Shown: positions 37,873 through 47,783 of the stretch, piece after piece
How positions within the stretch are numbered: the first letter of the stretch is position 1
Layout: every line of letters begins with the position of its first letter
Origin: Octopus bimaculoides
Taxonomy: Eukaryota
Reading direction: 5' to 3'
Assembly (NCBI RefSeq): GCF_001194135.2
Contig: NC_068983.1
Span: 2,895,734-2,943,516 of the forward strand
DNA: 47,783 nucleotides
Notes under the pieces: model-generated
Databases searched by the model: none
The model's input: the letters and a program-made list of their open reading frames with translations, nothing else
What the model was told of the DNA's origin: nothing
Program-made: the position numbers and the translations under genes

Positions 37873-37962
37873 ATGGAGGCAAACTTAATGGAGGCAAACT
37901 TAATGGAGGCAAACTTAATGGAGGCAAACTTAATGGAGGTAAACTTAATGGAGGCAAACTTA
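37873..37962 (+). repeat. Minisatellite (ATGGAGGCAAACTTA)x6
   Basis: Six contiguous 15-bp units, five identical and one with C>T, with no spacers. Confidence 0.95.
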
Positions 37963-38026
37963 ATCGCCAGTCTCTGACTATATACAAATAGTGTAAAAAA
38001 AATTTCATTATATATATATTGTACAT

Positions 38027-38090
38027 ATTCTTTTATTTTTTTACTTGTTTCAGTCATTTGACTGCGGTCATGCTGGAGCACCGCTTTTAA
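38027..38090 (-). mobile_element. SINE family B 3' tail fragment
   Basis: TACTTGTTTCAGTCATTTGACTGCGGTCATGCTGGAGCACCGC. Confidence 0.8.
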
Positions 38091-38207
<117 letters not shown>

Positions 38208-38860
38208 GATTAAGTGAATGCAGACGATCATTAGACGCCTCTCGAACAACCAGCGATACATAAATTGTTTACATTCCATTTGTGTTCTTTTGTTTATTTA
38301 TTTTGCAAACAATATCCATTATCATGCAATAATAGCAAATTATACGGAAGAATAATAGCTAGAATTAGTGAGAATGGTCGTTGAACAACAACAATAATCT
38401 AGAAATAAAATGCTTTAATGATAATCTTGATTGTAGTCGTTAGGATTGTTTAATGTGGTTATTCCGTCACTCTGGTTGTTCTAGACAGAAAGACATGGGA
38501 ATTGTGAAAACTTGACTAGTTATCTGTCGTCAATACTATCAATTATATGTTTCTGCCTATCTTATCAATACAATGGCTCGTCTTATCACACAGTAAAAAT
38601 ATTCTTGCTAAACGATTATTGCTTTAATTGGTCGGCTAAATGTGTGACATATTATGAATTCAGGATTGAAGTAGGCCGTTAGCAATGGCGGTGGATAAAT
38701 AACAATGATTCTGTTCCATTGTTGTTATCACAAACATATACGCGGTTTAAATACTTATAAATATTATTGTTTGTGAATGTTTTCTCATTATTATACGAAA
38801 GACTTATATAGGAGTAAGGTCACCCGTGGGAAATAGGGAAACAGAAGTTTCTTTCTACAT

Positions 38861-38950
38861 AAGGTAGATGGCTGTTTGGTAAAAGGGTAGATGGCTGTTC
38901 GTAAATAGGGTAGCTGCCTGTTTAGAAATGGGGTAGATGACTGCTTCCTG
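38861..38950 (+). repeat. Diverged about 23-24-bp tandem repeat x4 (GGGTAGATGGCTGTT...)
   Basis: GGTAGATGGCTG / GGTAGATGGCTG / GGTAGCTGCCTG / GGTAGATGACTG recur at a regular period. Confidence 0.7.
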
Positions 38951-39182
38951 GTAAATTTTATCCAACTACACGCCCACTGCTAGCCATGTGCTTCGTTTTC
39001 GTTTGGAAGTTGTGCAAGATTTTTATGTGCGTAAATGCAGCACCGTCCCAGGGTGGGAGTTGTATTGAAAATGCTTCTAATGAGCCTTGTGACAACCAAT
39101 ATTTGACCAGAAGGAATTGTTTTCTTGCTTTGAAGATGAACGCTAATTGTGGCTATGGCTTTATCTTCATCGTTATTTGCTG

Positions 39183-39806
39183 CTTGCTTCGTTCATTAGA
39201 CTGCGGCCATGTTGGGGCACCGCCTTGAACAAATTTTAGCTGAAAGAATCGACCTGGGACATTTTTTTTTTTTTAGCTTCAATCCTCTTTTGCCGAACCG
39301 GCCAGTAACGGTAAACACACCCATACCAGTTGTCAAGCGGGGATAAAGGACAAAGACACGCACACNNNNNNNNNNNNNNNNNNNNNNNNNNNNNNNNNNN
39401 NNNNNNNNNNNNNNNNNNNNNNNNNNNNNNNNNNNNNNNNNNNNNNNNNNNNNNNNNNNNNNNNNNNNNNNNNNNNNNNNNNNNNNNNNNNNNNNNNNNN
39501 NNNNNNNNNNNNNNNNNNNNNNNNNNNNNNNNNNNNNNNNNNNNNNNNNNNNNNNNNNNNNNNNNNNNNNNNNNNNNNNNNNNNNNNNNNNNNNNNNNNN
39601 NNNNNNNNNNNNNNNNNNNNNNNNNNNNNNNNNNNNNNNNNNNNNNNNNNNNNNNNNNNNNNNNNNNNNNNNNNNNATATATACACATATATTTATATAT
39701 ATACACGCACACATAGATGTGTGTGTGCGCTTCTTTCAGTTTTGGTCGGACTGAGATTATAAAGAAGATACTTATCCAAGGTGTCACGCAGTGGGACTGA
39801 TAAACC
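39183..39806 (-). mobile_element. SINE family B spanning a gap
   Basis: The 3' body lies before the gap and GCTTCTTTCAGTT...CCAAGGTGTCACGCAGTGGGACTGA lies after it. Confidence 0.75.
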
Positions 39807-39910
39807 TAGTCAATGACATAACAGGGCAGTTTCTCAGCAGATCTGTTATTATGGACACTGTATTCGTGCTCACAGCGGACAGAAAGAAAAAGAGAGCGAG
39901 GAAAAGAGGG

Positions 39911-39948
39911 TGAGAGGACGTGAGAGGACGTGAGAGGACGTGAGAAGG
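39911..39948 (+). repeat. (TGAGAGGACG)x3 plus partial unit
   Basis: Three exact 10-bp units. Confidence 0.85.
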
Positions 39949-40089
39949 AGATAGATACATACATACATACATACATACATACATACATACATACATACAT
40001 ACATACAAAGAGATAGAGAGAGAGAGAATGAGAGCGTGAGAGAGAATGAGGGTGAGAGAAAGAGAGAGAGAGAGAGAGCTCTAAGTTTT

Positions 40090-40520
40090 TCGTTGATAAC
40101 CATTTCTATCAAGTTTGAGATATTAGGTTTGAGAGGTGTAGAATTGTAATGAGAGTGAAGGAGACAGAGCAAAGTGTAGAATGCTCCCAAGGGTTAGGGA
40201 GGATTCCTGTATAGAAAGAAAGCATAAAGAATCGGAGATAAGGGAAACAATTCTTGAATGTCTTATTTGACAGTAACGGAAGTGACCTAATTAGAAAAGG
40301 CGAACTTAATAGTTTCAATTGGCTGTTTATTCTTCCCACGTGATATGCATATGTAGGGAGAAGTACTTTTGGTAGAGAGGTGAAGGAACATTTTGGTAGA
40401 ATTTTGTTAAATATACGCATTTGAGTGCAACATAAAAACCGTACAATCAATCTTTAAGCTTTCACTACAGGAGTACAGTGAGTACAAGCTCACTGCTCTT
40501 CATAATTGAGGAGTAGTGAT
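40090..40520 (-). mobile_element. Decayed Penelope-like RT fragment
   Basis: NKILPK..FTSLP...LPTY...SFYTGILP...ISNLIEMVINE resembles the PLE pattern L...LPTY.KD...DV.SLYTNIP...L..LVL..N. Confidence 0.35.
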
Positions 40521-41398
40521 CTTGAGTTTCTGTGACCTTAGTAGAGACCTTAGTAGGAACAGAAGGATTGGTAACAATTTAGGAAGCGATTCAACTTCCG
40601 GGTGGTACGGTTCATGGTGACATATTTTCCTTACAGATAGAATTGTTTCAAGTGCTGCAGTAATAAACAAATAGTTTCCATTTTGTACCGATTAGAGACA
40701 TTTTCCGGACGTCGTATGCAGAGTTCTTCCTTTGTAGAACTACAGAACTCCAAGGTTTGAGATTTTTGAGGAATTTCGTCCGTTTCACAGCTTAGTCAGA
40801 AGTGAAAGAGCCACACCACAACGCTTTCTCCCCAAAGTCTTGGAACAATGTTTTGGTTGCGTGGGTGATGCAAAGACAGGAGCATAACAAAGGAGATGTT
40901 TTCAGTCATTTGCTTAACTCTCTACGAAAAGTCAAATGGGAAAAATATTTACTGCCATCCATAGCTTGTGTAATAGTTGGTGAGTCTCCTTGCAGTTAGC
41001 TGGCCTGAAGAAGCATAGAGTGGGTGGTGTGATTAGGCAACAGATCCGGTAAGTGGATGATGTCATTATTAATCAACGAGGTAATGAGTAGGTTAATTAG
41101 CCTGAGGGCCGATGGAAAGATTAATTGGATGTAACTATGTTACAATCCTTTTTCAGGTTTATAGTTTATTAGTAAGGTCAATTAGATTAAATAATATGTA
41201 AGTAATTAAGCCAATAATTATTTCTTCATCTTCCCCCCACCCAGTGCACTTTCATTTTCGACTCACCTCAGGAGAACAGGACTTTTATTGCCTTGTAACA
41301 ATTCTAACAATTGGCCTGTAGCTATCTTAATTTCCATTAACTATCGGCTCGCTGTCAGTTTAATATATCAAATTGAGGACGAGAGCATTTAGAGCAAC

Positions 41399-41474
<76 letters not shown>

Positions 41475-41787
41475 CATACATAGATAGATACATAGATGGA
41501 AAAGCGATGGTGACAGAGAAAATCAAATATCTGTTGATTTCGTGAAATTATGCATAGTCAGAGAGAGCGTGGTGTAGCCGACATTTTGAATGTATATATT
41601 AATCATCTATCTATCTATCTATCTATCTATCTGTCTGTCTGTCTGTCTGTCTGTCTACCTATCTAGCTAGCTATCAATCTTACTCTACCTGCCTACAAAC
41701 ATTAGTGCATATATGTGGGCGCACACATACAAGAATACAGACTTATCTGTGTGTTTGTGTGTGTGTGTGTGTTGCGCGCGCGCGCGT

Positions 41788-41838
41788 GCATGACACCAGG
41801 GACAAGCTGGCGACTAAGATCAAGGATTTATTCGATGT
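41788..41838 (+). mobile_element. Very short fragment related to the same transposase C-terminus
   Basis: HDTRDKLATKIKDLFD aligns by eye to CNTGAKLMAKVKEVFED at about 42780-42830. Confidence 0.4.
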
Positions 41839-42308
41839 ATATATTCATACACACACGCATGCACACTTACATACACACACTAGCGTAACTAGAGTGTGTG
41901 CCGCCCGGGGCGGCCCTTCCGTTTGCCGCGCCTGGATCCCACGTAAAACACATACACACAAGAACGGACGTATATATGTTCTCAAAACCATAGAATCTAA
42001 GTCTATATCTCTCTATCTAAAACAACAAGAGCCAGATGAAGTTTAACTGTTACATTAGTTTAATGTTGACGAACGAATTTTGGTTATAGCACCGTCTAAT
42101 TCAATTAGCTTTACCAATATTTCAACACTTTCATTGCTCTGCTTGGAGACTGCAGAATGTCACCAACTTGTTGTGTATGTCTGCTTCTGCCAGTCTCAGC
42201 CTGCAAAAGCTGACGTTGACACTCACAACATCAACATTTGTTGTTCTTCTGTCACATTCAGAAACAGCGTTAACGTTGATGTGACCGTCATTAAAAACCT
42301 TACTGCTT

Positions 42309-42367
<59 letters not shown>

Positions 42368-42403
42368 ATCTATCTATCTATCTATTTATCTTTCCTTTTA
42401 TCT

Positions 42404-42718
42404 CTCATAGCTCAGTGGCTAGAGCGTCGGGTTCACAATCTAAAAGTAGTGAGTTCGATTCCTGGACTGAGCTGAGTATTGTGTTCTTGAGCAAGACACT
42501 TTATTTCATTTGCTCCAGTTCACTCAGCTGTAGAAATGAGCTGCTATCTCACTGGTGCCAAGCTGTGTCGGTCCCTTTGCCTTTCCCTTGGATGACACCA
42601 GTGGCATGGAGAAGGGGACTGGACGACTGCTGGTCTTCCATAAACAACCTTGCTCGGACTTTCTAGGTGCACTCCCATGGTCATTCATGTCTGAAGTGGG
42701 GTCTTTACACTTTACCCT
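42404..42718 (+). mobile_element. tRNA-derived CORE-like SINE (family C)
   Basis: A box TAGCTCAGTGG (42408-42418) and B box GAGTTCGATTCC (42451-42462) are followed by TGTGTTCTTGAGCAAGACACTTTATTTCA (CORE-like) and a unique 3' body. Confidence 0.75.
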
Positions 42719-42752
42719 CTGTTTCTGTACTAATATACATTGACATAACCCG

Positions 42753-43050
42753 GTTGAGACAGACACAAACGCCCTACCTGCAACACTGGGGCCAAACTAA
42801 TGGCTAAGGTGAAGGAGGTGTTCGAAGATCTACCGAGGGACCCAGTGAGGAATGCATGTGCCAGCTTCTACCACAGCCCTCTTGGGTCCGTGGTGGTTGC
42901 TGAGTGCTCTGTTTCATGTGAACTGCTGTCTGCCAGCCAGAATCTTGTTGACATTTCTTTTTACTTTTCTAAATGACTTCTATTGTTTGGATAGGATATC
43001 GTTTCCTTTGCTGCAAACTGTCAAATTTAGCCCCCGATTACTCTCTACGT
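42753..43050 (+). mobile_element. Tc1/mariner-superfamily transposase C-terminal fragment plus 3' flank
   Basis: VETDTN..CNTGAKLMAKVKEVFEDLPRDPVRNACASF.SPLGSVVVAE resembles the transposase ending ..L...I...W..L....V..AC..F..RL.AVV.A.G. Confidence 0.65.
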
Positions 43051-43687
43051 ATATGTCTCGGTTCTACATATATCTGTTCTAGCTGAGACTAAGGCGGAAA
43101 GACTCAGATGCACCATTCTTGTATACTTTTTAACAGCAAATGCACCGTCTGCACTCGTTCAAACCACGATGGTAATTAAAAAGAAAAAAAAAGAAAATTT
43201 CAGTTACTTGAAGGTAGCGTTATCTTCTGCCTAACTTTGCAAGTCCCGCTGCAATGGGCGTGTAAAATATGTAAGGTGTTTCTGCCGTACCCTGTAGATG
43301 GATAAGGAGATGCACGAAAAAGGACTTAACAGATATACTCTAATGAATAAATAAATATTGTCCATGCCTCTCTGGATGTCAGAGCGCACGTTCAGAGAGA
43401 GAGAGAGAGCTGAAGAAAGGGAGATGGAGGAAGAGAGAGACAGAGCTGAGGAAAGGGAGAAGGAGGAGGAGAGAGAGAACGATACAGCGGAAGGAAAAGA
43501 GAGAAAGAGGCAGAAAGGGGTTAACAATAATTGTTTTAGTTCTGAAATTGCTATGTTGAATTTAAGGAATGTTTGTATAATAAAACTTATCGTGAACTAT
43601 TAAACTCGTAGCTTCGTTGTTTGTTGATTTGAAAATGTTCCTTCTCTGATAAAGAAGAATAAAGATAGCGCTTCAGCAGGTATTGTG

Positions 43688-43820
43688 AGTGGCCACGTGG
43701 TTTTAGCGTTAAGCTTACAATCTACGTTGTTGTGGGATCAATTCGTGGACCGAGCAGTCAGTTGCAACCTTGATCAAGATATTTTATTTCACTTAAGCCC
43801 AGTCTACCCAGCTGTAAAGG
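43688..43820 (+). mobile_element. Diverged family C SINE 5' part
   Basis: Degenerate head followed by CCTTGATCAAGATATTTTATTTCAC...CCAGTCTACCCAGCTGTA, paralleling 42480-42535. Confidence 0.4.
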
Positions 43821-44358
43821 AGAACTAGCTGGTTTCTGGTGCAATCCTCTCTCCCTGTCATATCTTCCAAACATAATCGAAAAGATTTATGATCAAAAGT
43901 ATTCCAGCCGTGACCTCCTCATCATTATAGTGTTCTTTAAGTCTTACTTAATCCAATGTGTCCTTGTTTAAAACCGAGGTGCTTCTATTTTCAGCACATC
44001 GACCAATCATATGGAGGCTACTTCTTTACCTCGATTTATTGTAATTATTATTCTTTTACCGTAGTTCAGTACTAACTGAGCAAGCTTACCCTCATTGGCT
44101 TTCCAACGATGACCACCACATCTTTTTAGAGTTATCTATGACATCCACTGACCACTATGTCGTTCCTTGAGTCAGTTTGATATGAGGGAAATGTAACTGT
44201 TCTTTCTGACAGATCAAGCGACCATCTAGATCATTGGTTCTCAATAATCTTTTCACCTATCGAACTCTCTCATTCTTATTTTCCCCAGGTGGACCCTCAT
44301 AGCCATTCCATGTTTTAAAATTCTTCTTATATTTTTTTTAACTAAATATTATTAAGAA

Positions 44359-44790
44359 CTGAGAGTGGTGAGCTGGCAGACTCGTTAGCGCGCCGGGCGA
44401 AATGCTTGGCGGAATTTCGTCAGCCGTCACGTTCTGAGTTCAAATTTCGCCGAGGTCGACTTTGCCTTTCATCCTTTCGGGGTCGATTAGATAAGTACCA
44501 GTTACGTACTGAGGTCGATATAATCGACTTAATCCGTTTGTCTGTCCTTGTCTGTCCCCTCCGTGTGTAGCCCCTTGTGGGCAATAAAGAAATAAGAATC
44601 GTTAGCAGGCCGGGTGAAATGCTTAGCGGTATTTCGTCTGCTGTTACGTTCTGAGTTCAAATTCCGCTGAGGTCGACTTTGACTTTCATTCTTTCGGGAT
44701 CGATTAAATAAGTACCAGGTATGCACTTAATCCCTTTGACTGCCCTTGTTTGTCCCCTTTATGTTTAGACCCTTGTGGGCAATAAAGAAA
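44359..44790 (+). mobile_element. Head-to-tail SINE family A dimer with a 16-bp target-site duplication
   Basis: Two monomers (about 44363-44595 and 44596-44790) each end in CCTTGTGGGCAATAAAGAAATAA. They are flanked by TAAATATTATTAAGAA at 44343-44358 and 44791-44806. Confidence 0.85.
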
Positions 44791-44875
44791 TAAATATTAT
44801 TAAGAATTGTATAAAAATAATTCTTCAGATATTTTGTTTTGTAAAAGAATAAGCAATTTAATAACTTTTATCCAT

Positions 44876-45250
44876 TTACTTCAATCATTGAGCTGCGGCC
44901 ATTCTGGGGCACCGCCTTGAAGAATTTTAGTCGAATGAATCGAGCCCAGTACTTCTTTTTAGCTTTCAAGCTTGATACTTATTCTATCGAGTTCCTTTGC
45001 GGAACCGCTAAGTTACGAGGACGTAAACACACCAACACTGGTTGTCAAGCGGCGTTGATGACAAACACACACAAACACACAAACACATATGCAATGAGAT
45101 TCTTACAGTTTCCGTCTACCAAATCCACTCACAAGACTTGATCGGCCCGAGGCTATAGAAGAAGACACTTGCTCAAGGTGCCACGCAATGGGAATGAGCC
45201 CGGAACCATGTGGTTGGGAAACAAGCTTCTTACCTCACAGTCACGCCTGC
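44876..45250 (-). mobile_element. Near full-length SINE family B nested in the hAT MITE
   Basis: The tail, 3' body, short CA tract, CORE-like domain and head (CTTCTTACCTCACAGTCACGCCTGC) are all present. Confidence 0.85.
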
Positions 45251-45768
45251 ACATAAATTTTAGCGATAACATTTTATTTGGGCCCCCAAGGTTCATATGA
45301 AGCCCGGGTTGAGAACCACTGACCTAGGAAATCCCTAGGCTGTCCCTAAATAATAATAATTGTTCAGGGAGGGGTGGTAAGACGTCCTGCGATGATATTG
45401 ACAGAGATTCCCATGTCACATCTGACAAATAGATTTCACTCTGATCGCTGATATTTATTTATCTCTGACGGCCACCAGCAATTCAATGATAACGAAGGCT
45501 GTTTGGCTGTGACAGAGAGGATGTTGACGTACAGGGGAAGGGTGCGGCGGGAAGGGAGATAGCCGGAACGAAATGGCGGATCAATAGTTAAAAAGGGGTT
45601 TGTAGCTATGTATGAGAGTGTATATATATGTAGGTAGGTTTGGATTGGTGTATGTGTTTCAGTGAGGCGGAGCGTGCGGGGGAGTTTTGGTATGTATGTA
45701 GTTTATTTGCTTGTGATTTATAGGGGTTGTATACATATATGTATATATTATGTACGAACGTATATATA

Positions 45769-45824
<56 letters not shown>

Positions 45825-46079
45825 CGTGTGTGTGTATGAATATGTATTTATGTCTGCATTTGCCAAAAAATAACTAGTTTACGTCACTGGATGCAAATGA
45901 AGTCAAAAATATTAATTCAAAGTTTCCCTTCTTCTAAAGTGATCCCTAAATAAAGTCTAGGGGGTCTCTCGGTCCCAGCTGCTAGATGGCCCTTAACTGT
46001 ACTGAGTTCATCCTCTCTTCGGCAGGTTTTTTTTTCCTCCTGCAGAGTGTCCAACGAAAGCCACCTTCTTTACCAGGCA

Positions 46080-46400
46080 AGCTTGATAGGTTTGCCGGTT
46101 TAATCGCCAACGGCCCGACCATGTGACAAGCTGTAGTGAGTCACTTGTTACCGATTTCACTGAGAGTGATCTGACATTGTTTAGAGAGTGGTGTTGGCCT
46201 TGTGCAAGGCCGTTCCTTAATTTAAAAAGCCTTTGACAGAAGCATCGCATGATTTTGAATATCTCTATTAGGTATTGCATATTATGGCCAGCCGCAAGGT
46301 AAAGCAGTCATGATGGAAGAAGGAATGTGTCAGGATAGGTAGTAAACCCTCTAAACACCTGTTGCAAGAGGTGCCCATCCTTTTCACATCAATACAAAGG
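46080..46400 (+). mobile_element. Highly decayed L2/CR1-like reverse transcriptase fragment
   Basis: Frameshifted CSESLVTDFTE...FLNLK(K)AFD...KECVRIGSKPS...GVP resembles the RT motifs FLDFSKAFD and RKQ.V...S....V.SGVPQG. Confidence 0.45.
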
Positions 46401-46604
46401 AATGAATGTCCCTGACACGATTGAAATGCCACTTCTGTGCTGCTCATGTTTAAGAGAACAATTGAGCTGTGGCATTGTTCAAAATCAAAGTGAAGTTATC
46501 TCATATGTATGTCAGTATGTATGTAAGTATGTATGTATTTATGGATGGGTGGATGGGTGGATGGGTGGATGGGTGGATGGATGGATGGATGGACGCGTTC
46601 TCTT

Positions 46605-46834
46605 TATTTTTTCTAAATTTAGAATCAATTTTGACTGGCCACCTACTTGGTAGCAAAGTTGTGACGGAAAGCATCTTGTTTTGATCATCATATCTTAAGA
46701 AGGTCTTGCAAATTTTTATAATCGCATAAATCGTGATCATTCGTAGGGAATTAATTAAGGAGCTGAATTCTCTTCTCAACAACCCCAAGTTCAGCCTTTG
46801 CTCCAGGCGAGTTGTTACATATCCTGTTGCTCCC

Positions 46835-46835
<1 letters not shown>
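46605..46835 (-). mobile_element. 3' end of a second RLE-type non-LTR element
   Basis: IIMGATGYVTTRLEQRLNLGL...ITIYAIIKICKTFLRY resembles the RLE C-terminus (PII.GALG...VKICKTF). It abuts a 63-bp (TAA)n array. Confidence 0.55.

Positions 46836-46897
<62 letters not shown>
46835..46897 (+). repeat. (ATA)21 microsatellite
   Basis: Perfect run of 63 bp. Confidence 0.95.
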
Positions 46898-46993
46898 GGC
46901 ACGAAGCTATGCAGGTATGCACATATGCCTGTATGTGTGTGTAAGTATATATATTATATATATTTGTGTAGACACTTTTGTATATGTGTGCAC

Positions 46994-47073
<80 letters not shown>

Positions 47074-47673
47074 TGTGTATGGGCGTGTGATTGTTTGTAC
47101 ATGATAATACAGTCTTAAAGTCGTGAATATATTTTGTTTCCCAACAACTAGACGTACACACGCTCCCATTCACACACATCAAGCTAAGTGCATTCATCCA
47201 TATGTGTATATATACTCACATTTTTCTCTAATAATATAATTATTGCTATCTGCTGTACTGGTTTTATAATTGACATTCTTTCAGCTCAAATTATTATATA
47301 ATATCGCATATCCGGTTTGTGAAATATCTACTCAAGTTTCGCTTGCAATTTCATTGTAATTAGCTTCCTTACAACTGCAACTTTCTACGTTGTTGTTTTA
47401 ATTAATTGTTGCTGCTGCACGTAGTACTTTCACTACACTGAATTTAAATATGTTCCTATGAATGAACTCAATGTTGAATGGAGAGAACCTTTCGTTGGCT
47501 GCCTCGTCTAAGAAACACAAAGTTTATTACAACACAACAGATGTGGCGGATTAAAGTTGTACGACAGAAATAGACAAAATAAAATATAAACTCAATTACA
47601 GTGTGGAAGGTGTTTACAATCCATTAAAAAAGAAACACAAAAAAAAACCGTTAGATTCACATCAACATTTAAA

Positions 47674-47724
47674 TTTGTCAAAATATTTTCGTCGCTTTGA
47701 GACTGCGACCTGTTCACTGACAAA
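47674..47724 (-). ncRNA. Minimal type I hammerhead ribozyme motif with swapped G3-C8 core pair
   Basis: Minus strand reads TTTGTCA-GTGAACA-G-GTCGC-AGTCTCAAA-GCGAC-GAAA-ATAT-T-T-TGACAAA. Stem I is 7 bp perfect and stem II is 5 bp perfect. GAAA is intact, stem III is 1 bp with palindromic loop ATAT, and the cleavage site is UU. The core is GUGAACA instead of CUGANGA. Confidence 0.65.
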
Positions 47725-47783
47725 ATTCCGTTGTGTGTGTATATATATGTATATGTATATGTGTATATGTATATATATATATA

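Larger units (their letters stand above)
44232..45321. mobile_element. hAT/Charlie-type non-autonomous element (MITE) carrying nested SINEs
   Basis: The TIRs are CATTGGTTCTCAA (44232-44244) and TTGAGAACCACTG (45309-45321). The flanks ATCTAGAT and ACCTAGGA match at 5 of 8 positions and fit the nTCTAGAn target preference of Charlie-type hATs. Confidence 0.7.

Noticed and set aside
37873-37962. CRISPR-like array
   Set aside because: The units are contiguous with no unique spacers, there are no cas genes, and the context is eukaryotic.
41879-41935. GC-rich TAGCGTAACTAGAGTGTGTGCCGCCCGGGGCGGCCC as a transposon terminus
   Set aside because: It looks like a MITE end, but no partner TIR or TSD was found in the window.

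Overview
AT-rich, microsatellite-saturated animal genomic DNA with 18 N-gaps. The repeat families and composition point to a coleoid cephalopod, most likely Octopus (inference from memory of these repeat families, not a database search). I see no host protein-coding exon I can support. Nearly all long ORFs in the track are read-throughs of N-runs and simple repeats. The window is a graveyard of mobile elements: many tRNA-derived SINE copies of at least three families, two decayed mariner elements (one with both TIRs and TA target duplication), a Tc1/mariner C-terminal fragment, RTE and L2/CR1-like LINE fragments, RLE-type (R4/Dong-like) 3' ends sitting in (TAA)n arrays, Penelope-like RT remnants, a hAT/Charlie-type MITE with nested SINEs, and a lone tRNA-like unit with a Pol III terminator. 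The most notable signal is a set of minimal type I hammerhead ribozyme motifs on the minus strand. The best one (47674-47724) has the C3-G8 core pair swapped to G3-C8 and a palindromic loop III.
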